This document shows positions 56,264 to 64,000 of a stretch of DNA of 64,000 bases, in pieces; the stretch's first letter is position 1, and each line of letters opens with the position of its first letter. The stretch is taken from the sequence record MZ234015.1; one strand, written 5' to 3'. The stretch comes from Escherichia phage vB_EcoP-101114BS3. The position numbers and the translations under genes were made by a program. The notes beneath the pieces are model-generated. The model saw nothing but the letters and a program-made list of their open reading frames with translations. It had not been told where the DNA came from and did no database searches.

Positions 56264-57805
56264 ATGTCGTTAGATAAAGAAATCTATGAAGCTCTAACTG
56301 GAGACAAGTTGAGTATAGAGGAAAAGAAAGCTTTGCTCAATATGTTAAAAGAAAGGGACCAGTGGAGAAAATATAACAAGATGTTGGCTTTTAAAGCTTA
56401 CGACTTTCAGAAGAAATTCTATGCAGCAGGGTTGAAGCATCGCTTTCGATTCCTGTGCGCAGCTAACCGTGTTGGTAAATCTTACAGCGAGGCATACGAG
56501 TTTGCTTGTCATGTCACAGGTCGCTATCCAACTTGGTGGACAGGTTACAGATTTAATCGACCTATATTGGCTTGGGCAGTAGGGATTACAGGGGACTCTA
56601 CAAGAAAGGTATTGCAAAAGGAGTTGTTTGGAACACCTATCGGAAAGGATATGAATCTAATAGGAACAGGTGTTATTCCTCGTGATGCTATCGTATTGGA
56701 CACGATAGAACGAGATGGGAACAAATTACAGATTGTACAAATTAAGCATCAAAACGCGAGAGGCGAGTTTGACGGTTTAAGTACATTAGAGTTCCGTTCT
56801 ACCCAACAGGGTGAACATACATTGATGGGTGCTACAGTTGATTATATTTGGCTGGACGAAGAAGATCCATATGAATCTATGGCAATCTTCTCTCAGTGCG
56901 TAACACGTACACTTACAACTAAAGGTTTAGTTACTATTACAGCTACACCAGAGAACGGTTTAACAGAGCTGGTGGATAAGTTTATGAAAGGTGAAGGAGA
57001 TGAGAACACAGGTTCTCTGTATTTCCAGAATGCTTCTTGGTGGGATGCTCATGTAGATTTAGGTGGACATATCACTGACCAAGATATTAAAGACATGACT
57101 GAAGGTATTCCAACATGGCAGTTAGAGATGCGTTCAAAAGGTATGCCGTTGCTTGGTTCTGGTTTGATTTATGATGTATCAGATGACATGATTAAGTGTG
57201 ATCCCTTTGAGATACCTGATACGTGGAAACGTGTTTGTGCTATTGATATTGGTATCGATCACCCGACAGCCGCTGTTTGGACAGCATATGATGCTAACAC
57301 TGATACGATTTATGTTTATGACTGCTATAAAGAAGGTGGGTTTACTCCGGTGTACCATGCACCAGCTATTAATGGTCGTGGTCAGTGGATTCCAGTTATT
57401 CTTCCTCACGATGCCGATAATATTGAGAAGGGAAGTGGTTCGTCTGTTGCTCAATTCTATAAGAATGCAGGGGTTAATGTACAGAGTGAGACCTTCTACA
57501 ACAAGATTGGAATGGATGGTAAGAAGAACTTCTTTGTAGAGCCGGGAATTACTGATATTCGTGAACGTATGATGTCAGGTCGTTTTAAAATCTTTAACAT
57601 TGCTTCGTGTGCTAAACTCTTTGAAGAGAAAGCTCGCTATCACCGTAAGGTTGGCAAGATTGTTAAGGAACATGATGACTTGATGGATGCTATGCGATAT
57701 TCAGCTTGTTCTGTAACACATCGTGGACGTAGTAAGCATGATGCTAGTTATGGTAGTTCATCGCTTTATCAAGACAATATTAACAGATGGAATCAGACCT
57801 ACTAA
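56264..57805 (+). CDS. Terminase large subunit
   Basis: ATG at 56264 with GGAGG SD; Walker A-like LCAANRVGKSY in the N-terminal ATPase region; gene order terminase-portal-scaffold-capsid. Confidence 0.7.
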   Translation: MSLDKEIYEALTGDKLSIEEKKALLNMLKERDQWRKYNKMLAFKAYDFQKKFYAAGLKHRFRFLCAANRVGKSYSEAYEFACHVTGRYPTWWTGYRFNRPILAWAVGITGDSTRKVLQKELFGTPIGKDMNLIGTGVIPRDAIVLDTIERDGNKLQIVQIKHQNARGEFDGLSTLEFRSTQQGEHTLMGATVDYIWLDEEDPYESMAIFSQCVTRTLTTKGLVTITATPENGLTELVDKFMKGEGDENTGSLYFQNASWWDAHVDLGGHITDQDIKDMTEGIPTWQLEMRSKGMPLLGSGLIYDVSDDMIKCDPFEIPDTWKRVCAIDIGIDHPTAAVWTAYDANTDTIYVYDCYKEGGFTPVYHAPAINGRGQWIPVILPHDADNIEKGSGSSVAQFYKNAGVNVQSETFYNKIGMDGKKNFFVEPGITDIRERMMSGRFKIFNIASCAKLFEEKARYHRKVGKIVKEHDDLMDAMRYSACSVTHRGRSKHDASYGSSSLYQDNINRWNQTY

Positions 57806-57870
57806 AAATAGGGGAGGCTTTGTCCTCCCTTTAGTAGTTCCTTCCAAGCTATCACCGAGGGAGAGATTAG

Positions 57871-60114
57871 ATGGCTAAGAAGAAATTTAGTGAAGATGTT
57901 TTGGATGAATTACGCGTTGACCTTCAACGTCGATTCAATTATGCTCAAGGTTATGTAGACTTAGCTGTAAAAGGCTATGCTCGTGAGGCTTGGGAATACT
58001 TCTATGGGAACCTTCCTGCTCCAGTTACTGCTGGTAGCTCTAGTTGGGTAGACCGTACAGTATGGGAATCAGTGAATGGTACGCTCCAAGATATCATTAA
58101 CGTGTTCTGTTCTGGTGACGAAGCGGTAACTTTCGTAGCCGATAACCAAGAAGATAGTGATGCTGCTGACGTAGCCACTAAACTTGTCAACCAAATTTTG
58201 TTACGTGATAATCCGGGATACAATATTATCTCTTCAGCGGCACAAGAGTGTCTGGTTACACGTAACTCTTTTATTAAATATTATTGGGATGAACAAACTT
58301 CTACCCAAACAGAAGAAGCAGAGGGTGTTCCTCCGGAAGCTTTGGCTGCATATGTCCAAGGTTTAGAAGCTGGTGGGCTTCAAGATTTAGAAATCTTTAC
58401 CACTGACAACGAAGATGGTACAGTGGATGTTAAAGTAACTTACAAACAAACAGTAAAACGCGTTAAAGTAGAATATGTTCCTTCAGAACAGATTTTTGTT
58501 GACGAACATGCTACCTCTTTTGCAGATGCTCAGTATTTCTGTCATCGCACACGTAAATCTAAAGAAGATCTGGTTGCTATGGGCTTCCCTAAAGATGAAA
58601 TTGAAGCTTTTAATGACTGGACTGATACAATGGACACCACTCAATCTACTGTTGCATGGTCACGTACTGACTGGCGTCAGGATATAGATTCAGATATCGG
58701 TGTAGACACTGATGATATCGCTTCTATGGTTTGGGTTTACGAGCATTACATCCGTACTGGTGTACTGGATAAGAATAAAGAAGCAAAACTCTATCAAGTT
58801 ATTCAAGCAGGTGAGCATATTCTCAGTTGTGAAGAAGTAACTAGCATTCCTTTTGTAACATTCTGCCCTTATCCTATTCCGGGTTCATTCTATGGACAAT
58901 CTGTTTATGATATCACCAAAGATATTCAGGATTTGCGTACCGCTTTGGTTCGTGGTTATATCGATAACGTAAACAATGCTAACTATGGTCGATATAAGGC
59001 GCTTGTAGGCGCGTATGACCGTCGTTCTTTGCTAGACAACCGTCCGGGCGGTGTAGTAGAAATGGAGCGTCAGGATGCGATTGATCTCTTCCCTTACCAC
59101 AATCTACCTCAGGGTATTGATGGCTTACTAGGAATGTCAGATGAGTTGAAAGAGACTCGTACTGGTGTTACTAAGCTTGGTATGGGCATTAACCCTGATG
59201 TGTTTAAGAATGATAACGCATATGCAACTGTTGGATTGATGATGAATGCTGCTCAGAACCGTCTCCGTATGGTCTGTCGTAACATTGCTCACAACGGTAT
59301 GGTTGAATTGATGCGTGGTATTTATAATTTAGTCCGAGAAAATGGTGAGGTTCCTTTACAAGTACAAACCCCTCGTGGTATGGTTCAGGTTCATCCTAAA
59401 CAACTGCCTGCTCGTCACAATCTACAAGTTGTTGTAGCTATCTCTCCTAGCGAGAAATCAGAACGTGCACAGAAACTCATTAGTCTGAAGCAATTAATTG
59501 CTGCTGATGCTCAGTTAGCACCTCTGTTTACTCTGGAGCAAGATCGTTACATGACTGCACAGATCTTCGAGTTGATGGGAATTAAAGACACTCACAAATA
59601 CTTAATGCCTCTGGAACAGTATCAACCGCCAGAACCTTCTCCGATGGAAATCCTCCAGCTTGAGATGACTAAAGCACAGGTTGAGAACGTACAGGCTTCT
59701 TCTCAGAAGATGATTGCTGATGCATTCGACCAGCGTGAACGTACTACGTTTGAACAGCAGAAAGCTGCGGACGAGTTCAGCTTACGTCAAGAAGAACTGC
59801 AATTTAAGCAAGAGAATGCTGCTGATCAGATGACTTTGGAGAATCGTAAAGAAGACAACAGTGCTACACTTGAACAGGCTAAGCACAAGTTGGCTCTGCT
59901 CCAGCAACAGGTCCGTCAGTATGAATCTGTACTTAAAGAATTGCAGATGACTCTTAACCATCAGGTTGATGTTGAGAAAGTTGCAAATCAGGCTAAAATT
60001 CAAGATAAGACTTTGGAACTCCAAAAGAAAGAAGCAAATGAAACTAAGAAAGAACAGCAAAGTTCAATCAAAGATTCACGGATTCCTAACCGTCGTCTTG
60101 GTAGTAGAAAATAA
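57871..60114 (+). CDS. Portal protein (with C-terminal coiled-coil extension)
   Basis: 747-aa ORF in the canonical position between terminase and scaffold; assignment is positional. Confidence 0.55.
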   Translation: MAKKKFSEDVLDELRVDLQRRFNYAQGYVDLAVKGYAREAWEYFYGNLPAPVTAGSSSWVDRTVWESVNGTLQDIINVFCSGDEAVTFVADNQEDSDAADVATKLVNQILLRDNPGYNIISSAAQECLVTRNSFIKYYWDEQTSTQTEEAEGVPPEALAAYVQGLEAGGLQDLEIFTTDNEDGTVDVKVTYKQTVKRVKVEYVPSEQIFVDEHATSFADAQYFCHRTRKSKEDLVAMGFPKDEIEAFNDWTDTMDTTQSTVAWSRTDWRQDIDSDIGVDTDDIASMVWVYEHYIRTGVLDKNKEAKLYQVIQAGEHILSCEEVTSIPFVTFCPYPIPGSFYGQSVYDITKDIQDLRTALVRGYIDNVNNANYGRYKALVGAYDRRSLLDNRPGGVVEMERQDAIDLFPYHNLPQGIDGLLGMSDELKETRTGVTKLGMGINPDVFKNDNAYATVGLMMNAAQNRLRMVCRNIAHNGMVELMRGIYNLVRENGEVPLQVQTPRGMVQVHPKQLPARHNLQVVVAISPSEKSERAQKLISLKQLIAADAQLAPLFTLEQDRYMTAQIFELMGIKDTHKYLMPLEQYQPPEPSPMEILQLEMTKAQVENVQASSQKMIADAFDQRERTTFEQQKAADEFSLRQEELQFKQENAADQMTLENRKEDNSATLEQAKHKLALLQQQVRQYESVLKELQMTLNHQVDVEKVANQAKIQDKTLELQKKEANETKKEQQSSIKDSRIPNRRLGSRK

Positions 60115-60123
60115 GGATACTGA

Positions 60124-60360
60124 ATGAATACAAGACAGCAATTCAATAAAGAGCACGCCGCCGCTTTGGCGGCTCTCAATCACAACGGCATTCTTGACGC
60201 AGCATTAGAGGCATTAAAAGAAACCCTCATGAGAGATATTGTATTAACCGAGGCTCATGAGAATAAGAAACGCGAAGAGTGTTATCAAAAGTATAAAATG
60301 GTTGGTAGCTTAAAAGAGGTCATAAAAGCTGCTATCAATAATGCAGGAGATAATTCCTAA
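60124..60360 (+). CDS. Hypothetical protein
   Basis: 78-aa ORF between portal and scaffold. Confidence 0.45.
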   Translation: MNTRQQFNKEHAAALAALNHNGILDAALEALKETLMRDIVLTEAHENKKREECYQKYKMVGSLKEVIKAAINNAGDNS

Positions 60361-61442
60361 TGGCAAATGATTATATTGACCCGAACGATTTTAAATCTTT
60401 CCTCCAACTAGACGACTTAAAAGGCTCCTTCAAAGAAGAGCTTAGTCAATTAGAATCAGAACGTGAACCAGAAGTGAACATTGATGATGAATTCCCAGAA
60501 CAGTCTGAGACTTTTGATCTTGATGCTTCCGACCTTCTCGGTGATGACGATACGTTAGCGTTCGAAGATGAAGATGGTTGGGAAGATCGTGAAGAGGAAG
60601 GCGAAGAAGAAGAGGAAGAGTCTGAGTTCTCTGATGAAGACGATGAAGAAGATGATTCCGGTGAAGCAGATCACGATGAAGCTGCTAACAGTGATGAAGA
60701 TGGCGAAGAAGGTGAAGTCTTTGACGTAGATTATGAAACTGTTATCACCCTTCCTGATGGTCGTGAGATGACTATTGAAGAGTTGTCTAATGGCTATTTG
60801 ACTGGTGCAGAAATGTCCGAACGTGAGACTACTTTGCAGCGTCATGTTGAAGCTTTTGAAGAACGTGTTTCTGGCTTGGGTGATGTATTAGAACTAGCTG
60901 CCCTAGAAGCAGACCGAGTAATTGAAGATTACAACGGTTTTGATTGGGACAAACTCGCACAAGAAGATCCTCAAGCTTATGTAGAAAATAAACGTTTCTT
61001 AGAAAAATATACAGCTCGTCGCCAACAGCTTGAACAAGCTCAGCTTAAAATCAAGCAAGAAGCACTAGCAAAAGAACAACAGCTCTTCCAAGCTAAATGT
61101 ACTGAGTGTGTAAGCGTACTTAAACGTGAGATTCCTAATTGGGATGACAACTTGTATCAGAACCTGATGCAGTATGCAATCGACTTAGGTGCTACAGAAG
61201 AAGAAGTGCTGAAAGAGAACCGTCCGTCAATCTTCCTAGCTCTACACAAAGCATACCAGTTTGATAAAGGTAAGCAGCAGGTGATGGCTAAGATTAAACG
61301 TCCCGGCTCTCCACGCAAGGTTGTGAAGTCCGATGCTTCTAAGTCTCGTTCTTCCAATACGCCAGACAACGCTAAGGTTGCCAAGGCATTCTCAGAGGGT
61401 CGTATTCGTCACGAAGATGCATTTAAGTATCTCGTAGATTAA
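60360..61442 (+). CDS. Scaffolding protein (putative)
   Basis: Highly acidic N-terminal half (long D/E runs) and helical C-terminal half, directly upstream of the capsid gene. Confidence 0.55.
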   Translation: MANDYIDPNDFKSFLQLDDLKGSFKEELSQLESEREPEVNIDDEFPEQSETFDLDASDLLGDDDTLAFEDEDGWEDREEEGEEEEEESEFSDEDDEEDDSGEADHDEAANSDEDGEEGEVFDVDYETVITLPDGREMTIEELSNGYLTGAEMSERETTLQRHVEAFEERVSGLGDVLELAALEADRVIEDYNGFDWDKLAQEDPQAYVENKRFLEKYTARRQQLEQAQLKIKQEALAKEQQLFQAKCTECVSVLKREIPNWDDNLYQNLMQYAIDLGATEEEVLKENRPSIFLALHKAYQFDKGKQQVMAKIKRPGSPRKVVKSDASKSRSSNTPDNAKVAKAFSEGRIRHEDAFKYLVD

Positions 61443-61482
61443 TCGACAAATTTATTTTTAATAGTATAGGAGCTAATATAAC

Positions 61483-62538
61483 ATGGCAAATCCAACTTTA
61501 TTTGTATCTTACGACCAGAATGGTAAAAAACTTTCTTTTGCTAACTGGATTTCTGTCCTGTCTCCGCAAGACACTCCGTTTGTGTCTATGACTGGTAAAG
61601 AGTCTATCAATCAGACTATTTTCAGCTGGCAGACCGATGCTCTGGCGAGCGTAGATGCTAACAACGCCCACGTCGAAGGCTCTCGTGCTGAAGACGGCGA
61701 AATGAAACCGACTGTAATTAAGTCCAACGTTACTCAGATCCTGCGTAAAGTTGTTCGTGTTTCTGATACTGCTAACACCACCGCTAACTACGGTCGTGGT
61801 CGTGAACTGATGTATCAGCTGGAGAAGAAAGGTAAAGAGATTAAACGTGACCTCGAGAAAATCTTGCTGTCCGGTCAGGCTCGTACCGATATTCTGGCAG
61901 ACCAGTATCTGACCAACTCTGCAACTGATCCTGCTGTTGTAGGTCAGAATGATACCTCAGCTGCTCGTAAGACTGGTGCTTTCCAGTTCCTGTGTGCACA
62001 CAATGGTGTTGCTGGTGGTGTTGTTAAGAAAGAAGATGGTCCTGCTGACCCGGATACTGGTGCAGTAACTGTTAAAGTTGCACAGAATGCTTCTAACCCG
62101 ACTACTAACATCGGTTTTGATGAAGCTGATATCTTTGATATGACTCTGCAATTATATACCGCTGGTTCTGAAGCAGACATCATCATGATTAACCCTGCTC
62201 ACGCTAGCATCTTTGCTAAGCTTCAGGAAAACTCTGTTGGCTCTCGTCAGCGTATCTTTGAGAACACCAAACAGTTCATCTATGAAGTTAACAGCATCAC
62301 TGACCCGCTGGGCCAGAGCTATAAAATCATCGTTAACCGTTGGATGCCTGCTGATGCAGTTTACTTCTTCCGCAGCTCTGACTGGACTCAGATGGTTCTT
62401 CGTGCTCCGAAACGTACTGAACTGGCGAAAGATGGTTCTTACGAGAAATGGATGATCGAAATGGAAGTTGGTCTGCGTCACCGCAACCCGTATGCCTCCG
62501 GCGTTCTGTTCACTGCTGCGGGAAAGGTGGCGGCGTAA
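61483..62538 (+). CDS. Major capsid protein (zero-frame product)
   Basis: 351-aa ORF with GGAG SD, after the scaffold gene and before a strong terminator; assignment positional plus frameshift architecture. Confidence 0.65.
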   Translation: MANPTLFVSYDQNGKKLSFANWISVLSPQDTPFVSMTGKESINQTIFSWQTDALASVDANNAHVEGSRAEDGEMKPTVIKSNVTQILRKVVRVSDTANTTANYGRGRELMYQLEKKGKEIKRDLEKILLSGQARTDILADQYLTNSATDPAVVGQNDTSAARKTGAFQFLCAHNGVAGGVVKKEDGPADPDTGAVTVKVAQNASNPTTNIGFDEADIFDMTLQLYTAGSEADIIMINPAHASIFAKLQENSVGSRQRIFENTKQFIYEVNSITDPLGQSYKIIVNRWMPADAVYFFRSSDWTQMVLRAPKRTELAKDGSYEKWMIEMEVGLRHRNPYASGVLFTAAGKVAA

Positions 62539-63062
62539 CAGTAGACAGTGTGACTGTTAGCCCTGCGTCTTTAGCAAGTCTAGAGACAGGGGCTACTCGG
62601 CAGTTCACTGCAAGCGCGGAGAAAAGTGATGGTTCTACCGAAACAACTGGCTTTACTTGGTCAGTGACAGGAGGTGGTTCTATCACTCAGTCGGGTTTGT
62701 ATACTGCTCCGAGTGCGTCTCAATCCACTGATGTATCCATTACTGCAACTTTAGAAGGTGTTTCTGGAACAGCAACCATTTCTGAAATTGTTGCTCCTGC
62801 TCCTACTATTGTAGCTAAGGGTCCAATTACGGGTAAAACTGGTGGTTCCTCCACTAATTTCACTACCATGTTTACTGTAACTAATTCTGCTGCTGCGGAT
62901 TACACGTTTGTTGTAACTCCTACAGAAGCTGGTACAGTAAGTGCAGCTGGTGCGTTAACCTTAGATGCTGCTGCAAGTGGCGAAGTTACTGTTCAAGCAA
63001 GTTTGACAGCTGATCCGTCCATCAATGCAACATGCACTTTTACTGGTGTAACACCTGCTTAA
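61483..63062 (+). CDS. Predicted capsid-Ig-like-domain fusion (join 61483-62526 and 62526-63062 by -1 frameshift)
   Basis: The -1 frame after the heptamer encodes GGGVTVDSVTVSPASLASLETGATRQFTA..., a bacterial Ig-like (BIG2-type) sequence, ending at TAA 63060-63062 just before a terminator. Confidence 0.55.
62520..62526 (+). promoter_or_regulatory. -1 programmed ribosomal frameshift slippery heptamer G_GGA_AAG
   Basis: X_XXY_YYZ heptamer in the capsid zero frame, 4 codons before its stop; the -1 frame stays open for a further 178 codons. Confidence 0.6.
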
Positions 63063-63069
63063 AACTAGA

Positions 63070-63094
63070 CCCTGCCTTCGGGCGGGGTTTTTTC
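63070..63094 (+). terminator. Rho-independent terminator
   Basis: CCCTGCC-TTCG-GGCGGGG hairpin followed by TTTTTT, 8 nt after the stop of the -1 frame ORF. Confidence 0.75.
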
Positions 63095-63121
63095 GTTTTA
63101 AGACCTATACAAGCCAGTGTG

Positions 63122-63132
63122 TAATGTATATT
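63122..63132 (+). promoter_or_regulatory. TAATGTATATT motif, candidate phage promoter element
   Basis: GTGTAATGTATATTC about 42 nt upstream of ATG 63164, directly after the terminator. Confidence 0.35.
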
Positions 63133-63163
63133 CTTTGTCTACATACAACTAGGAGGACAATCT

Positions 63164-63916
63164 ATGGCGATGCCAGACGTTCAAAACCCAATTAATACCT
63201 ACGGATGGCTTAAGAAGGCTGTGTCCCTCTGGGCTGACCGTGATGACCCTGAATTTGTTAATCAAATTCCAAACTTTATTAACTTTGCAGAAAAGGAAAT
63301 CTACCGTAATTTACGCATTCCTCCTCTGGAAAAAGAAGTCTATTTAGATATTAAAGATGGAGTAGCTTATATTCCTCCTGATTACTTAGAAGCTCAATGG
63401 ATGATGAGAGCTAAAGATGGTACAATCTTCCAAGTAACATCTCCGGAAGAGATTAGCTATCGTAGACAGCATGGAACAATTAACCCATCTCATTGGAATA
63501 ATCAACCTGTTAATTTTGCTCGTTTCGGTAGTCGTTTCATTTTCTATCCTAGTATTGAAGCAGATACTCCGTACTACCCTGATGATGGAAGCCCTTTGAT
63601 TCCAGCAGAAAACTCAGTGATTCTTAGCTATTATGCAGACCCACCGGAATTCCATGAAGATACAGATACTAGTACTATTCTTACTATAGCACCGGAACTT
63701 CTTCTGTACTTCACCCTACGTCATGCTTGTCTCTTTGTTCAAGATGATAATGGTGTTCAGAAATGGTCAGCATTAGGAAAAGCTATCCTTGATGAAATGG
63801 TAGAACAGAATAAGAAACAAGAGTACTCAGGTTCACCTATCGCAATTCCGAATAACATGACTCGACTTCAGAGCAGCTTGCCTGATATTTATGGTATTCG
63901 TACTTCTCGTGTATAA
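63164..63916 (+). CDS. Hypothetical virion protein
   Basis: 250-aa ORF with AGGAGG SD, downstream of the capsid gene. Confidence 0.6.
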   Translation: MAMPDVQNPINTYGWLKKAVSLWADRDDPEFVNQIPNFINFAEKEIYRNLRIPPLEKEVYLDIKDGVAYIPPDYLEAQWMMRAKDGTIFQVTSPEEISYRRQHGTINPSHWNNQPVNFARFGSRFIFYPSIEADTPYYPDDGSPLIPAENSVILSYYADPPEFHEDTDTSTILTIAPELLLYFTLRHACLFVQDDNGVQKWSALGKAILDEMVEQNKKQEYSGSPIAIPNNMTRLQSSLPDIYGIRTSRV

Positions 63917-63925
63917 GGAGATAAT

Positions 63926-64000
63926 ATGATCGTTTATAATAACCAAGCACCTGATGCAGTGAATAACGTTGGGCAGTTTGGTGCTACTGAAGGCTCTATC
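63926..64000 (+). CDS. Hypothetical protein (3' partial; runs off the window end)
   Basis: ATG at 63926 preceded by AAGGAG; translation MIVYNNQAPDAVNNVGQFGATEGSI continues past position 64000. Confidence 0.5.
   Translation, partial: MIVYNNQAPDAVNNVGQFGATEGSI

Noticed and set aside
62448-63062. Independent 204-aa gene starting at ATG 62448
   Set aside because: The ATG lies inside the capsid gene with no ribosome-binding site, and the Ig-like sequence begins exactly at the -1 frame after a canonical slippery heptamer; a frameshift extension of the capsid protein is the more economical reading.

Overview
The window reads as a tailed-phage genome segment: a virulent podovirus-like architecture that resembles phiEco32-like enterobacterial phages, though that attribution is inference from gene content only. 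Two plus-strand virion blocks flank a ~41 kb minus-strand block. At 1-8840 are a partial lytic-transglycosylase-domain protein, two Q/N-rich paralogs and a 1481-aa coiled-coil protein. At 54770-64000 are terminase, portal, scaffold and a major capsid gene with a predicted -1 frameshift into an Ig-like domain. The minus-strand block (8958-50113) carries replication and nucleotide-metabolism genes (family A DNA polymerase with a separately encoded proofreading exonuclease, primase-helicase, SSB, flap endonuclease, ThyX, dCTP deaminase, dNMP kinase, thioredoxin, PhoH), a sigma-70-family sigma factor, HNH endonuclease, tRNA-Arg(UCU), spanins, and many small paralogous families. The most unusual element is a co-directional cassette at 29836-39905 encoding ATP-grasp, class-II amidotransferase-like, amidoligase-like and gamma-glutamyl-cyclotransferase-like enzymes plus five unknowns, whose product and target cannot be read from sequence. 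A 4.6 kb low-coding switch region (50114-54769) holds exact direct repeats, a perfect 12-bp inverted repeat, an array of at least 14 ATGGGT-type repeats beside an A-rich tract, and a small cluster of signal-peptide proteins. All calls are from reading the sequence and ORF translations by eye; no database search was run, and self-derived coordinates may be off by 1-2 nt.
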